Shown: one piece after another, positions 13,561-25,395 of the stretch
How positions within the stretch are numbered: position 1 is the stretch's first letter
How the letters are laid out: every line of letters starts with the position of its first letter
Assembly (NCBI GenBank): GCA_038087875.1
Contig: CM075988.1
Location: forward strand, 10,170,001-10,234,000
Length of the DNA stretch: 64,000 nt
Origin: Malacoraja senta
Lineage: Eukaryota
Direction of reading: 5' to 3'
The notes under the pieces: model-generated
Seen by the model: only the letters and a program-made list of their open reading frames with translations
What the model was told of the DNA's origin: nothing
The model's database searches: none
Program-made: the position numbers and the translations under genes

Positions 13561-15114
13561 GACAATAGGCTGACACTCAGTGTTTATCTTTGCACGGTCC
13601 AACATTAATGACAATGGACACCGACACAAAAAGCGGAGAGGTTAATTCATTGCAGCATCGGAGACTCCTGGCAATAGTGTAAACCCTTGTGGGTAGGTCA
13701 CAGCTCCACACATTCGTACAGTGTCCTTAGTGTCCCATAGTGTAAATGAATGAGAACGTATTGCATAATTTCAGACTCCGGAAACACATAATTCAAAGTA
13801 ACTTCAACTTGAAAATTGAATTTCAGTGGAGACAAGAGAAACAAAGAAAGAATGAGAGGATAAACAGTTGTGTTTGGCTCGGTAATAAATAGGGATCAGC
13901 ACAATTAAATAAACAGCATCGTCAATAGCACCAGGGATCTTTTAAGTTCTGATATTCAGGAAATTGCTTTGTTTAATACCGTTTTGTAAGATTACACTAC
14001 GCATGATGCACACCGTTAATGAAACTAGATTTATCTATTAATTATTTCAAAGTGTCCGCAGAAACGCACCAACCTTGTGTTTATTTATTGCTAATGATGG
14101 CTTATATCTCAGAATTGGGCTGTTCAAACTCTTGGCCTTCATTAACTTCACTCTGGTAAATTTTCACTTCAAATCCTCCGAGTGCATTATATCATTCACC
14201 GGAAAACAAAGTCCAAGCTCGCCATGGTAAAGGTCTCTCCGCAATGAACAGAATATGCAGCACTTGAAAAAAGCACGCTGATACACGGCTTATAAAACCC
14301 CTTTACATTCACTTCAGCGAAGCCTATCAACATAACTTCCTATTTGAGTGATAGTCATACCGCGCAGAAACAGGACCTTCGGCCCATCCTATGTAAACTA
14401 TCTATTAATTCCCGATCAATCACCCATCAGTCGTAATGCAGAGTCTCATCCTGAAACATCAATCATCACTCTGCCTCCACAGATGCTGCCTGATCTACTG
14501 AGTTTCTCAGCAGTTTAAATTTGGGTCCAGATTATGGCACCTCTTATGTCTCCACATGTTCATTTATACTAATCCCATCACAACCAGCTTTTAGTCCATA
14601 AACTTCTGTAGCCTTGGTTATTCAAATGCTCAAGATTCATGCATTCTGCCCTGCTGTGTGCCGGCCCGTTTCAACCTTAAACCTCCAGGGGACCTTTTAC
14701 AACTGATAATTAGGGTCAGAATTGACAGTACTGCCAAATTCTGGACCTCTTAGGGTGAGCTGGCACAGATTTATTGAATGAGACTTGCTTTTAGTTAATT
14801 TGCTACAGTTTTTTTGGTGAGATGGCAGAGTGGGTTCTCGAGGGATGTGTGGTTAATTGGAGTTTGAGAAGTTGTTTGGAAAGTTGTTTGAGAATGCTAT
14901 ACGTCAAGATTGAAGACCATGGAACAGGAAGGTCTGTAGTAGTGCAGACATTAGGAGCACTTTAAATTAAAAGCCTGAACATGCTGGAAATCTACAAAAA
15001 AAAGAGAAAACGTTGAAAACACTCAGCAATCAGGCAGCGTATGTGGAACGAGAAACAGCTGATGTTTCAAGTCTGAGACTCTATCAGAACTGACAGGGTC
15101 TGACCTGAAGATTC

Positions 15115-15748
15115 ACACCTTCCCATCTCCACCCCTTTCCGTTTTCTACAGAAACCGTTCCCTCTGCAGCTCCCTCATCAACTCGTCCCTTCCCACCCAA
15201 ACCACCCCCTCCCCAGGTACTTTCCCCTGCAACTGCAGGAGATGCAACACCTGTCCCTATACCTGCTCCCCTGGATCCGTCCAAGGACCCCGACATGGTG
15301 ATGCAAAGTTTCACTTGCACCTCCTCCAACCTATTCTACTGTACCCGCTGTTCCAACTGTGGACTCCTGTATATCAGCAAGACCAAGCTCAAACTCGGCG
15401 ATCGTTTCACTGAACACCTCCGCTCAGTCCGCCTAAACCGACCTGATCTCCCAGTTGCTGATCCTTTTAACTTCCCCTCCCATTCCCACACTGACCTTTG
15501 TGTCCTGGGTCTCCTCCATTGTCAGTGAGGCCCAGTGCAAATTGGAGTGACATCACCTCATATTTTGCTTGGGCAGCTTACACCCCAGCGGTATGAACTT
15601 TGACTTCTCTAACCTCAAGTAATCCTTTCCTTCCGTCTCTCTCCATTCCTCCCACTTCCCAGTTCTCCGACTAGTCTGACTGTGCTCCTTTACATTTTAT
15701 CTGTTTGCTTTGTTGTTACCTTCTCTTAGCTAACAATGATCTATTCTA
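15115..15748 (+). mobile_element. Penelope-like 3' fragment, left part (continues at 18982-19210)
   Basis: Cys linker and GIY-YIG remnant (FTCTSSNLFYCTRCSNCGLLYISKTK); 3' UTR resumes after the nested insertion. Confidence 0.8.
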
Positions 15749-15958
15749 AGGTACACAAAAATGCTGGAGAAACTCAGCGGGTGCAGCAGCATCTATGGAG
15801 CGAAGGAAATAGGTAACGTTTCGGGCCGAAACCCTTCTTCAGACTGATAGGGGGTGGGGAGAAGAAAGGAAAAAAGGAAAAGGAGGAGGAGGAGCCTGAG
15901 GGCTGGGGGAGGGGAGGAGACAACCAGATGGCTGATGAAGGGGAGGGGACAGCCAGGG

Positions 15959-16591
15959 CTAGCAGAATTGGGAGAATTCAACGTTCAGGCCACCAGGATG
16001 TAGACTGCCCAAGCGGAATATGAGGTGCATTTCCTCCAATTTACGGTGTTGCTCGCTGTGGCCATGGAAGAGACCCAGGACAGAGAGGTCAGATACGGAA
16101 TGGGAGTGGGAGTTGAAGTGCTGAGCCACCGGGAGTTCAGGTTGGTTATTGCGGACCGACCGGAGGTGTTCGGCGAAACGATCGCCAAGCCTCCGCTTGG
16201 TCTCACCGATGTAGATCAGCTGGCATCTAGAGCAGCGAATGCAATAGATGAGGTTGGAGGAGATGCAGGTGAACCTCTGTCGCACCTGGAACGACTGCTT
16301 GGGTCCTGGAATGGAGTGGAGGGGGGAAGTGAAGGGACAAGTGTTGCATCTCTTGCGGTTGCAAGGGAAAGTACCAGGGGAGGGGGTGGTATGGGAGGGA
16401 AGGGAAGAATTGACAAGGGAGTTACGGAGGGAGCGGTCTTTGCGGAAGGCAGACATAGGGGGAGATGGGAAGATGTGGCGAGTGGTGGGGTCACGTTGGA
16501 GGTGGCGAAACTGACGGAGGATCACTTGTTGTATGTGACGGCTGGTGGGGTGAAAGGTGAGGACTAGGGGGACTCTGCCTTTGTTGTGAGT
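15959..16591 (-). CDS. PLE C-terminal part: Cys-rich linker and GIY-YIG endonuclease (joined to the RT frame by a 1-nt frameshift)
   Basis: NKGRVPLVLTFHP...CNRKRCNTC...NLIYCIRCSRCQLIYIGETKRRLGDRFAEH...VAQHF...GLN. Confidence 0.88.
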   Translation of the reverse strand, partial: THNKGRVPLVLTFHPTSRHIQQVILRQFRHLQRDPTTRHIFPSPPMSAFRKDRSLRNSLVNSSLPSHTTPSPGTFPCNRKRCNTCPFTSPLHSIPGPKQSFQVRQRFTCISSNLIYCIRCSRCQLIYIGETKRRLGDRFAEHLRSVRNNQPELPVAQHFNSHSHSVSDLSVLGLFHGHSEQHRKLEEMHLIFRLGSLHPGGLNVEFSQFC

Positions 16592-18980
16592 GGGGGGGAT
16601 GGGGAGAGAGAGCAGTGTTGCGGGGTATGGCAGAGACCCTGGTGCGAGCCTCATCTATGGTGGAGGAGGGGAACCCCCGTTCCCTGAAGAATGAGGACAT
16701 TTCAGATGCCCTGGTGTGGAACGCCTCATCCTGGGAGCAGATGCGGCGTAGACGGAGGAATTGGGAGTGGGGGATGGAGTCCTTACAGGAAGCAGGGTGG
16801 GAAGAAGTGTAGTCCAGATAGCCATGGGAGTCGGTGGGTTTGTAGTGGATGTCGGTAAGGAGTCTATCACCTGCGATGGAGATAGTGAGGTCAAGGAATG
16901 GTAGGGAAGTGTCGGAAATGGTCCAGGTGTATTTGAGTGCCGGATGGAAGTTGGTGGTGAAGCGGATGAAGTCAGTCAGTTGTGTGTGGGTGCAGGATGT
17001 GGCACCAAAACAATCATCGATGTAGCGGAGGTAGAGGTCGGGGATGGGGCCCTGGTACGCATTGAACAGGGATTGTTCTACGTACCCGACAAAGAGGCAG
17101 GCGTAGCTGGGGCCCATGCGTGTGCCCATAGCTACGCCTTGTATTTGGAGGAAATGGGAGGAGTCAAATGAAAAGTTATTAAGTGTAAGTACCAGCTCCG
17201 CTAGGCGGAGGAGGGTGTCAGTGGCCGGGTATAGATTGCTTCTACGGTCGAGGAAAAAACGGAGGGCTTTGAGACCATCCTGGTGGGGGATGGAGGTGTA
17301 CAGTGACTGGACGTCCATGGTGAAGATGAGGGGGTGAGGGCCTAGAGAGTGGAATGCGCGGAGATGACGGAGAGTGTCTGAGGTGTCTTGAACATAGGTG
17401 GGGAGGGATTTAACCAAGGGGGATAGTATGGAGTCGAGGTAGGTGGAGATGAGTTCGGTGGGGCAAGAACAGGCAGAGACAATGGGTCTACCGGGACAGT
17501 CAGGTTTGTGGATTTTGGGGAGAAGGTAAAAGCGGGCTGTGCGGGGCTGGGGAACGATGAGGTTGGAGGCTCGTTCGGGCAGGGCGTGGGAGTGGATGAA
17601 GTTGGTGATGGTGCTGGAGATGGTGGCCTGGTGCTCGTCAGTGGGGTCATGGTCCAGGGGTAAGTAGGAAGAGGTGTCCGAGAGTTGGCGCGTGGCCTCA
17701 GCTTTGTAGAGGTCGACGCGCCAGACTACCACGGCACCTCCCTTGTCGGCGGGTTTGATAACCCAATCTAGGTTGTTGCGGAGTGAGTCGATGGCAGTGC
17801 GTTCAAGGGGGGAGAGATTGGAGTGAGACAGGGGAGTGGAGAAGTTGAGGCGGCTGATGTCACGGCGGCAGTTTTTAATAAAGAGTTCTAAAGCCGGAAG
17901 GCTGCGAGGGGGGTTCCATGAGGATGGGGTGCGTTGGAGACGGGAAAAGGGGTCATCAGTGGGGAGCGAGGACTGCTTCCCATGGAAGTGAGCTGTGAGG
18001 CGGAGGCGACGGTAGAAGCGTTCCAAGTCATGGAGGGCACGGAACTCATTGAGATGGGGACGGAGTGGGACAAAGGTAAGACCTCTGCTGAGGACAGACC
18101 GTTCGATGTCGGAGAGGGGGAGGTCGGGGGGGATGGTGAACACCCGGCAGGGATGGGGGTTGGGGCCGGAGGAAGGCAGGTGGGTGTAATGGGGACGAGG
18201 CGATGTGTGGTGGGGGGGTGGTGGGTGGTCAGGGGGTGGGGGGGTGAGAGGGCAGTGGTGTGGGTGTGGAAGAGAAGTGGTCCCATAGTTGGAGAGGGAT
18301 GGGGAAGAATCAGTGGAACTGCCACTGAGATAACCAGGGCTAGGCAGACTAGCGCTAGGACCCAGTGGAGTCAAACCCAGGAGAGTGGGAGTGAACAGCG
18401 TGGAGGCTTCAGGCCCAGTACAGAGTCCAGTTTGCAGGTAAGGCGACGGCTGCGGGCTGCTGGAGGGAGGTGCAGTGGCGAGGGTCAGCGGACCCGACGG
18501 TCGGGGTCCGTGGGCAGTGTAGTCGGGGTCGGTGGGGCTGGAGGGCGTTGCAGTGGCGAGGGTCGGCGGACCCGATGGTCGGGGTAGGTGGGCAGTAGAG
18601 TCGGGGTCCACGGGCGATGCGTGGGAGGTCCCGGTAGGCGGATGGTCGGTGGGGCGGCGCGGTTCGACCAGTCCGGTGAGGCGACGGGGTGAATAGGGTG
18701 CGGTGCGGCGGCCAAGTTCGTGGATCCCCGGTCCGGCGGCCGTGTAGAGTGGGCCCGGTCCGGCGGCGATGCTGGATGGGCCCGGTCCGGCGGCGACGCT
18801 GGGAGGTCCCGGGGGGCGGCGAGGTTCGGAGGAATCGGCGAGGGGAAGGAAGTCCGAGTTACCGTAGAAGCGGCGAGCCTGGGCGTCATCGGTAGGCAGG
18901 TGAAGGTCGGCAGCAGCATCGACGTGGAGGTCGGTGAAGGCGACCTCCTGGTGAGTACTGGAGGCGCTCCCCGTGGACAA
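16592..18980 (-). CDS. PLE reverse transcriptase with Pro-rich N-terminal region (open frame, no ATG at the truncated 5' end)
   Basis: [71 protein letters not shown]. Confidence 0.9.
18455..18812 (-). repeat. coding tandem repeats in the PLE N-terminus (two ~78-nt units, three ~27-nt units)
   Basis: DPD.TAH.PRPSGP.TLATA.PSS x2 and GP.S.AAGP x3 visible in DNA and protein. Confidence 0.8.
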
Positions 18981-18981
18981 G

Positions 18982-19210
18982 ATGGTCTATTCTACATTTT
19001 CCTTGATCTCTACCCCCTTTGTCTCACTTTCACACCTTACACTTCCTGTTATATGTATCTCCCTCTCCCCTGACTCAGTCTGAAGAGGGGTCTCAACCCG
19101 AAACGTCACCCATTCCTTCTCTCCAGAGATGCTGCTGTCCCATTGAGTTACTCCAGCATTTTGTGACTATCTTTGGTTTAAACCAGCATCTGCAGTTCCT
19201 CACTACAACA
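18982..19210 (+). mobile_element. Penelope pLTR, right part of the host fragment; hammerhead motif 19080-19107
   Basis: continues the 15115-15748 fragment; ctgaagaggggtctcaacccgaaacgtc. Confidence 0.8.
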
Positions 19211-19684
19211 AAACTAATAGGACATTGGTTCTACAATAGGAAACATAATGAATTGTAGGAGTAGTAATGAATTGTTATTCCTTTTGACTCATGTGCACAG
19301 TGATGCTGTTTGACATTACTAAAGACCTCCACATAAAAGGTTAGTGTGTAAATTCATAGAACATTATATTGGAAAGTACTAGCATGGATTGGAAATTAGT
19401 TAATGTGCAAGGAACAGTGAGTTGCGATAATTTACCTTAGAGATTTGTTAATGATGCTAAACTGGTTTTATGGCGTCCTAGACAGTTTGATCAAATGGCG
19501 TAAACTATGACTGTTGCAATAAATTAGGGACAAATTTGAAGTTAGCCACATGAGTGGGAGAATAAAAAGAATGGCAGAGCATTATTTAAATAGTGTTGAG
19601 TTGATGTATGGAGATTTGGATGTTTTTGTACACCATTTAATGAAACCAGGTATGTAGTGCAGCAAACAGTTAAGTCAGCAATTA

Positions 19685-19995
19685 GGGGCGGCACAGTGGT
19701 TCAGCTGTCTCACAGTGCCAGAGCCAGGGTTTGATCCTGACCTTGAGTTCTGGCTGTGTGGAGTTTGAACGTTCTCCCTGTGACCACATGGGTTTCCTCT
19801 GGGTGTTTTGTTTCCTCCCACATTCCAAAGATGTATGGGTTTGTAAAATAATTGGCCTCTGTAAATTAGTGTGAAGGGAGTGGATATGAAAGTAGAATAA
19901 CATCGAACCAGTTTGAACGGGTGATTAATAGTCAGCATGGACTTGGTGGGCCATAGGGCTTGTCTTCATGCCGTGTCTTTCAATCAATCAATCAA
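19685..19995 (+). mobile_element. V-SINE variant with (caat)n tail
   Basis: A/B boxes, V core, CR1-like 3' end. Confidence 0.75.
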
Positions 19996-20259
19996 ATGGT
20001 CTATTAGTTTTCATAGTAAGAGGTTTTGAGTAAAGGGGCAAGGATTATGCAGTGCTTTATATGTGAGATTACACCTGGAATGTTGTGTGCCATTTTAATC
20101 TCCTCACCTTGTACAGAGCATTTTTGCCCAAATGCTGTTACATCAACGGCTACAAGACAGATTCATGGATGGTGGGACAGGTGAATGAAGAGAGATTAGA
20201 TCAACTACATTTGTAGAATGGGAAGCAATCTTATTGACGTTTGTAATATTCTGACAGGG

Positions 20260-20470
20260 CGAGACACAAAAAGCTGGAGTAACTCAGTGGGACAGGCAGC
20301 AGCTCTGGAGAGAAGAAATGGGCGATGTTTTGGGCCGAGACCCTTCTTCAGACCCAACTCAAAACGTCACGCATTCCTTCTCTCCAGAGATGCTGCCTGT
20401 CCTCCTGAGTTACTCCAGCTTTTTGTGTCTACCTTCGATTTAAACCAGCATCTGCAGTTCCTTCCTACAC
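20260..20470. mobile_element. non-coding Penelope fold-back unit
   Basis: inverted pLTR arms; flanked by attctgaca(a)ggg at 20248 and 20471. Confidence 0.75.
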
Positions 20471-21259
20471 ATTCTGACAAGGGTTAGACAGGCTGGATGC
20501 ATCAAGGCTAATTCTCCTGGCTGGGATGTTTAGTGTGGGTGGTCACAGTCTCAGGCCACAAGGTAAGAAATTGAGATCCAAGATAAGGAGAACTTTCGTC
20601 ATTCAGCACGGTGACTGGGAACTTCACAGCCACATCCATATAAGCTGTAGCTGGATATATTTAAGAAGAAGATACATTTCTGCACAGAGCATAATGGGGA
20701 GGAAGAGAGGATATGGCATTGAATGGTGGAGCAAACTTGAAAGGCATAGCTGACTAGTTTTGATTTATTTCCCATTTGTCTTTCTTTCCAAACTGTCTTA
20801 CTCCTGAATTTCTCAGAAATTCCTGCATATGAAAAGATTTTCTCCGATCTAATGTGTCAAACCTTTCGATAATTTTAAAGATCTTCATCAGTTCCAGGGC
20901 TCAAATTTAATGTTTCTGGTGTGCTCCAGTTTGCACACTGACAGATAAAACTTTGCTGTTCTACTGATGAGATATTAAGATGCATGATATTGTAGCAGCA
21001 GAATCATACACTACTACATCTAAATCTGATTTAAATTTTAAGAACTCAATTTGCTGTTTTTTTTTCACTTAGGCTTCGAATTGAAGGAATCTATATTCAC
21101 CATTATAAATGAGACCAGAGGATAAAAAGCCATTCTACACTGCTTTTACTTAAGTATGTAATATAATAACTGCTGTGCTGAAGATCAATTACATGGGAAG
21201 AATTATTACATGGGATATTTTCTCAATTGGCCTTTAAATACCAGCTTTTCTCAGCTAGT

Positions 21260-21545
21260 TAGAACATAGAACATTGAAAAGTACAGCTGAGGAACATGCC
21301 CTTCATACCACAATGTCTGTTGAACATGATGTCAAATATACTAATCTCATCTGCTTCCACATGATCTATCTATACCCCTTCAATCCTTGTCTGCCATATA
21401 CCTGTCCAAAATACTCTTAAACGACCCTATTTTATCTGCCTCCACCACCATCCCTGGCAGTGTGTTTCAGGCATCCACTACACTCTATGTAGAAAACTTG
21501 CTCTGCATATCTCCTTTAAACTTTGCTCATTCCACCTTAAAGCTA
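21260..21545 (-). mobile_element. CR1 3' UTR fragment
   Basis: reverse similarity to CR1 3' ends at 28640-28950. Confidence 0.55.
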
Positions 21546-21554
21546 AGATCTTTA

Positions 21555-21725
21555 AAGATAGAGTTGCTGCCTTACAATGCCTTACAAGATCCGGATTCGA
21601 TCCAGACTACGGGTGCTGTCTGTATGGAGTTTGTACGTTCTCCCTGTGACCACGTGGGTTTTCTCCGGGTGCTCCGGTTTCCTCCCACATTCCAAAGACA
21701 TACAGTTTTTTAGGTTAATTGGCTT
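21555..21725 (+). mobile_element. V-SINE 5' half
   Basis: B box and V core. Confidence 0.75.
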
Positions 21726-22853
21726 TGGGGAAAAAGTTCTGAATGTCTACCTTATCTCTTCTCTCTGGTCTCTATCAGGTCTCTCCTCAACCTCCAGTGT
21801 TCCAAGTTTGTGCAACCGTTTATGAAGCTAATAGCATTTAATCCAGGCAGCATGCAGCTAAACCCTTCCTGCACCCATTTCAACTCATCTTGGAGTTAGA
21901 GCAACATTTTGATTGATGGTAGAAATGTAAGAAAGATCTATCTCTTCTATTTATCATGTTATCTTGTTGATTCCCTCTGTGTCCTATCAAATGCACAGTT
22001 GAAAAACCCTCAAACAAGAATACAAGATTTCTAATACACTGTCAGTAGGGGGGAAAAAATCTGAACACTTTTCAATTCAATTCTGTTCTTCCATTATTGA
22101 AATCCCATGTGATGGGATGTCAGAGAAATTTTTCAACTTGTCAATTCAAATGGTTTAAGTGCAAATTAAATATCCCACACCAATGATGAAACAAATGATC
22201 AGTTCTTCATTTAACTCATCACCATATTTGCCTACACATATCCAAAAGTAGGTCAATTATTCCAACTAATTTGTGTCTGCATTTGTCCTTCAATGCAGTG
22301 AGTAGATCTAATTATTTTTAATATCTAATTATTCTTTCCTTCTCTGTTCCTTTTAATCCTTTTCCCTTTCGATGAATCAATCAACTCTAATCTTGGTGGT
22401 GGATCCACTTTTAACTTTTTGCATTTAAACTGGCGGCTTAATGTTCTGGACTAATGTCAGGTATTGGAAACTATCTCTGTCCAGTCCTGCAAATTCATAA
22501 TTTATATTGTCCCATAATCTAAATTTAATAAAGGAAAACCATGCATATGTTCACAAAAGCAATGTTTCTCAGTTAAGAGCTCTGCATAATTGTTGGAAGA
22601 CATGATTTTATATTTTATACAAATGCATCATTTTTTTTTCCATTCCAGAGTTTCAAACTCCTGTTAATATACCCTTCAGTAAATGAGAATGATATGTCAA
22701 GTTATAGCTATGCAAAGGTTTCACAAGAAGAAGGTTGGAATACAAAATAATGATCCTTTTAAAACTTTTCTTCTTCCAAGTGAATATTTAGGATTTGCAT
22801 CAGTTTCCATTGTATCAATGAAGGATGTATGAAGAAACTGCAGATGGTTCAGT

Positions 22854-22881
22854 CTGAAGAAGGGTCTCGACCCGAAACGTC
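22854..22881 (+). ncRNA. minimal hammerhead ribozyme-like motif in a short pLTR unit (~22825-22950)
   Basis: ctgaagaagggtctcgacccgaaacgtc, identical to the copy at 35121-35148. Confidence 0.65.
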
Positions 22882-23092
22882 ACCCATTCCTTCTCTACAG
22901 AGATGCTGCCTGTCCCACTGAGTTCCTCCAGCTTTTTGTGTCTATGTTCGTGTCAGTGAAGGAACTAGTACAATGTGTAAGGGATCAATATCCGTTCAAG
23001 GAATTTGCATGCTTTAGTGTCAGCCTTGGCTCAGTTGGATCACTATTACCTCTGCGCATGGTCCTCATCATCCAAGATGTGACCTTCTCATA

Positions 23093-23740
23093 TTTCAAAG
23101 GTTTCAAAGGTTTCAAAGGTTTTTTATTGTTACATATACCAATTAAGGTGCCGTGATATACGAATTACCATACAGCCATACGAAAAAAAAGCAACAAGAC
23201 ACACAACTACATAAAAGTTAACATAAACATCCACCACAACTGATTCCCCACATTCTTCACTGTGATGGAAGGCAAAAAAGTCCTTTCTACTTCCTCTTTA
23301 TTCTCCCGCAGTCGGGGCAGTCGAAACATCTGTCAGGGTGATCGAAGCTCCTGCAGCCGGCGGTCAAATCCCCCGCATCGGGCCGATCGAAACTCCCGCG
23401 TCGGTGCGATAGAAACTCCCGCGGCTTGGAGTTCCCGATGTCGGTCTCTGACCAGAGACTACGAGCTCTATGATGTTAAAGTCCGCAAGCACCCACGGTT
23501 GGAGCTCCGAGGTCGATCCCTGGCAAAGGGATCGCAGGCTTCGCGATGTTAAAATCCTGTCGGCTCCCCGCGGCGGAGCTCTCAAAATCGGTCTTGAGCA
23601 AAGGCCACCAACTCCTCAATGTTAGGCCGCAGTGTGGACGGAGAAACGATATGGAAAAAAATGGCATCTCCGTCAAGGTAAGAAATTAGAAAAAGTTTCC
23701 CCCACATCCCCCACCCCCCTCCCCCACCCCCACATAAAAC
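23093..23740 (-). mobile_element. GC/CpG-rich non-coding retroposon with Rex1-like 3' end
   Basis: (acctttgaa)n tail, AATAAA, 3' stem-loop, ccatcacagtga box, hairpin 23637-23674 homologous to 48081-48119. Confidence 0.65.
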
Positions 23741-24277
23741 ATGGCTTCTGCCAAAATGGCTCCCTGAGTTCCTGAGTTTCAACTTTTATTCCTAGGGATC
23801 AAGGATGACTTGTTTGCACTACAGTCCTGTGGGATCTCAGGTGGCCTCTGTGACACCTGGAGACAAGACTACAGGAGTGGCAGGAACTACCCCATGAGAT
23901 AGTTTGTGAAATGATATCCTCCAGCTGGCAATTACACATGTGTTTATGCAAGCAAGGTTCCCAAGGATGTGTTAAATTCTCCTTCCATTTTGAGCATTCA
24001 TGGGACAGAGATTCCCAGGAGAAAATGCAAAGACCACACCTGTCCAAGAAGGCTTTGAGAACATCCTTGACTCATTTTCTCGGTGGGAATGTGGTGACAC
24101 CTGATAGACACAAGGCCTACTCATCAACTAAGTACAATTAACACTCGGCACGGTGTATCCTCATTAATATTCACTCACACACACTATCGGTAGCCAACTG
24201 CACACACCACACACACCCAAGCAGAAAACGTGGAAACAGCTGGAAGGTCAAGTCAAGATTCAAGGGTGTTTCATATT

Positions 24278-25395
24278 GTTTAGTTTAGTTTAGTTTCGAG
24301 ATTCAGCACGGAAACAGGCCCTTCGGCCCACTGACTCCGCACCGACTAGCGATCCCTGCACATTAACACTATCCTACACACACTAGGGACAATTTTACAC
24401 TTACTGTATACCAAGCCAATTAACTTATACCTGTACGTCTTTGGAATGTGGGAGGAAACCGAAGATCTAGCAGAAAACCCATGCAGGTCATGGGGAGAAC
24501 GTACAAACTCCGTACAGACAGCACCTGTAGTCAGGATTGAACCCGGGTCTCCGGCGCTGTAAGTGCTGTAATGGGCCTGTCCCACAGGCGATTTTTTAGG
24601 TGACTGCAAGAGACTATACGGTCGCCACATGTTTGCGGGTGGTTACTGCGGAGACGCCTTCATGGTCATGAGGAGTTCCCGCATTCTGGGAACTAGTCAC
24701 GGCCTCATTATGGTCACTGCTAATTTGTCAACATGTTGAAAAATTAGCGATGACCAGAATGAAGCCGCCATGGAGAGTAGAGAGAATTCTCGTGCCGTAG
24801 GTGGGTCTCCAGGAGGTCCTAGTTGATTGCCAGGAGGTCGAAGGTTCTCGTAGGTTGTAGCAGGTGTTGACCAGTGAACTTCATTGGCTCATCGGGAAAA
24901 AAAACGTAAGCAGTAGTTTTCAGAACCAAGGATAACCGATGTTAATGTCCGCTGAGCTTCACAGCCGTGTATCTCTGGCCCCTTAAAAGTTGTCTCCACT
25001 CCTTCTCCCCCTTCTCCCCACTTCTCCCTCCTCTCCCCCCCTCTTTAAAAGGACTTAAGTGACCCTTCCCGTACACTGTGCTTTCACCGTCTTAATTACA
25101 GCGTCAACCTTCCTGTTCATCGCGGTGTGTGTCTGTATCACATTGGCTTTGCACCGTGTGAATTTCACTCAGACAGCGCTCCCCCCGCTTGCCCTGTCCC
25201 CCGCCTGCATAACGGGCTGGTGAAGGAAGCGATGTTTGTGTGTGTGTGTGTTCCACTCTGACAGTCGTCGTTCCAGATGCCGGTTTTTCAGGCAACTGCC
25301 GGCAACTTGACAGTCGCTGGCAGTCACATGAAAAATCGCCTAAGTGGGACAGGCCCATAAGGCAGCAACTCTATGGCTGCGCCACCATGGCCACC
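24278..25395 (-). mobile_element. V-SINE split by a MITE (SINE parts 24278-24571 and 25358-25395)
   Basis: SINE sequence gctgtaa|ggcagcaactcta is rejoined when 24572-25360 is removed. Confidence 0.8.
24572..25357. mobile_element. non-autonomous DNA transposon, PIF/Harbinger type
   Basis: TIRs tgggcctgtcccac / gtgggacaggccca (extending imperfectly to ~27 bp), TAA duplication at 24569-24571 and 25358-25360, no transposase ORF. Confidence 0.85.

Larger units (their letters stand above)
15749..18981 (-). mobile_element. Penelope-like element (Neptune-type), 5'-truncated, young
   Basis: RT, CNRKRCNTC linker, GIY-YIG and pLTR with hammerhead motif (15815-15842); duplication tctattcta at 15740-15748 and 18986-18994. 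Confidence 0.92.
19300..20760 (+). mobile_element. old CR1 LINE 3' region split by a V-SINE and a Penelope fold-back unit
   Basis: remnants such as tttgttaatgatgctaaactgg (FADD.KL-like) and cacctggaatgttgtgtgccattt (HLEYCV-like), CR1-type 3' UTR. Confidence 0.55.

Noticed and set aside
16592..18980. Telomerase RT or a domesticated RT gene
   Set aside because: Linked GIY-YIG, pLTR, TSD, multiple paralogous copies and no start codon indicate a Penelope-like element
16025..19073. Plus-strand ORFs (e.g. 16025-16567, 17934-18587) as separate genes
   Set aside because: Antisense shadows of the GC-rich Penelope ORF
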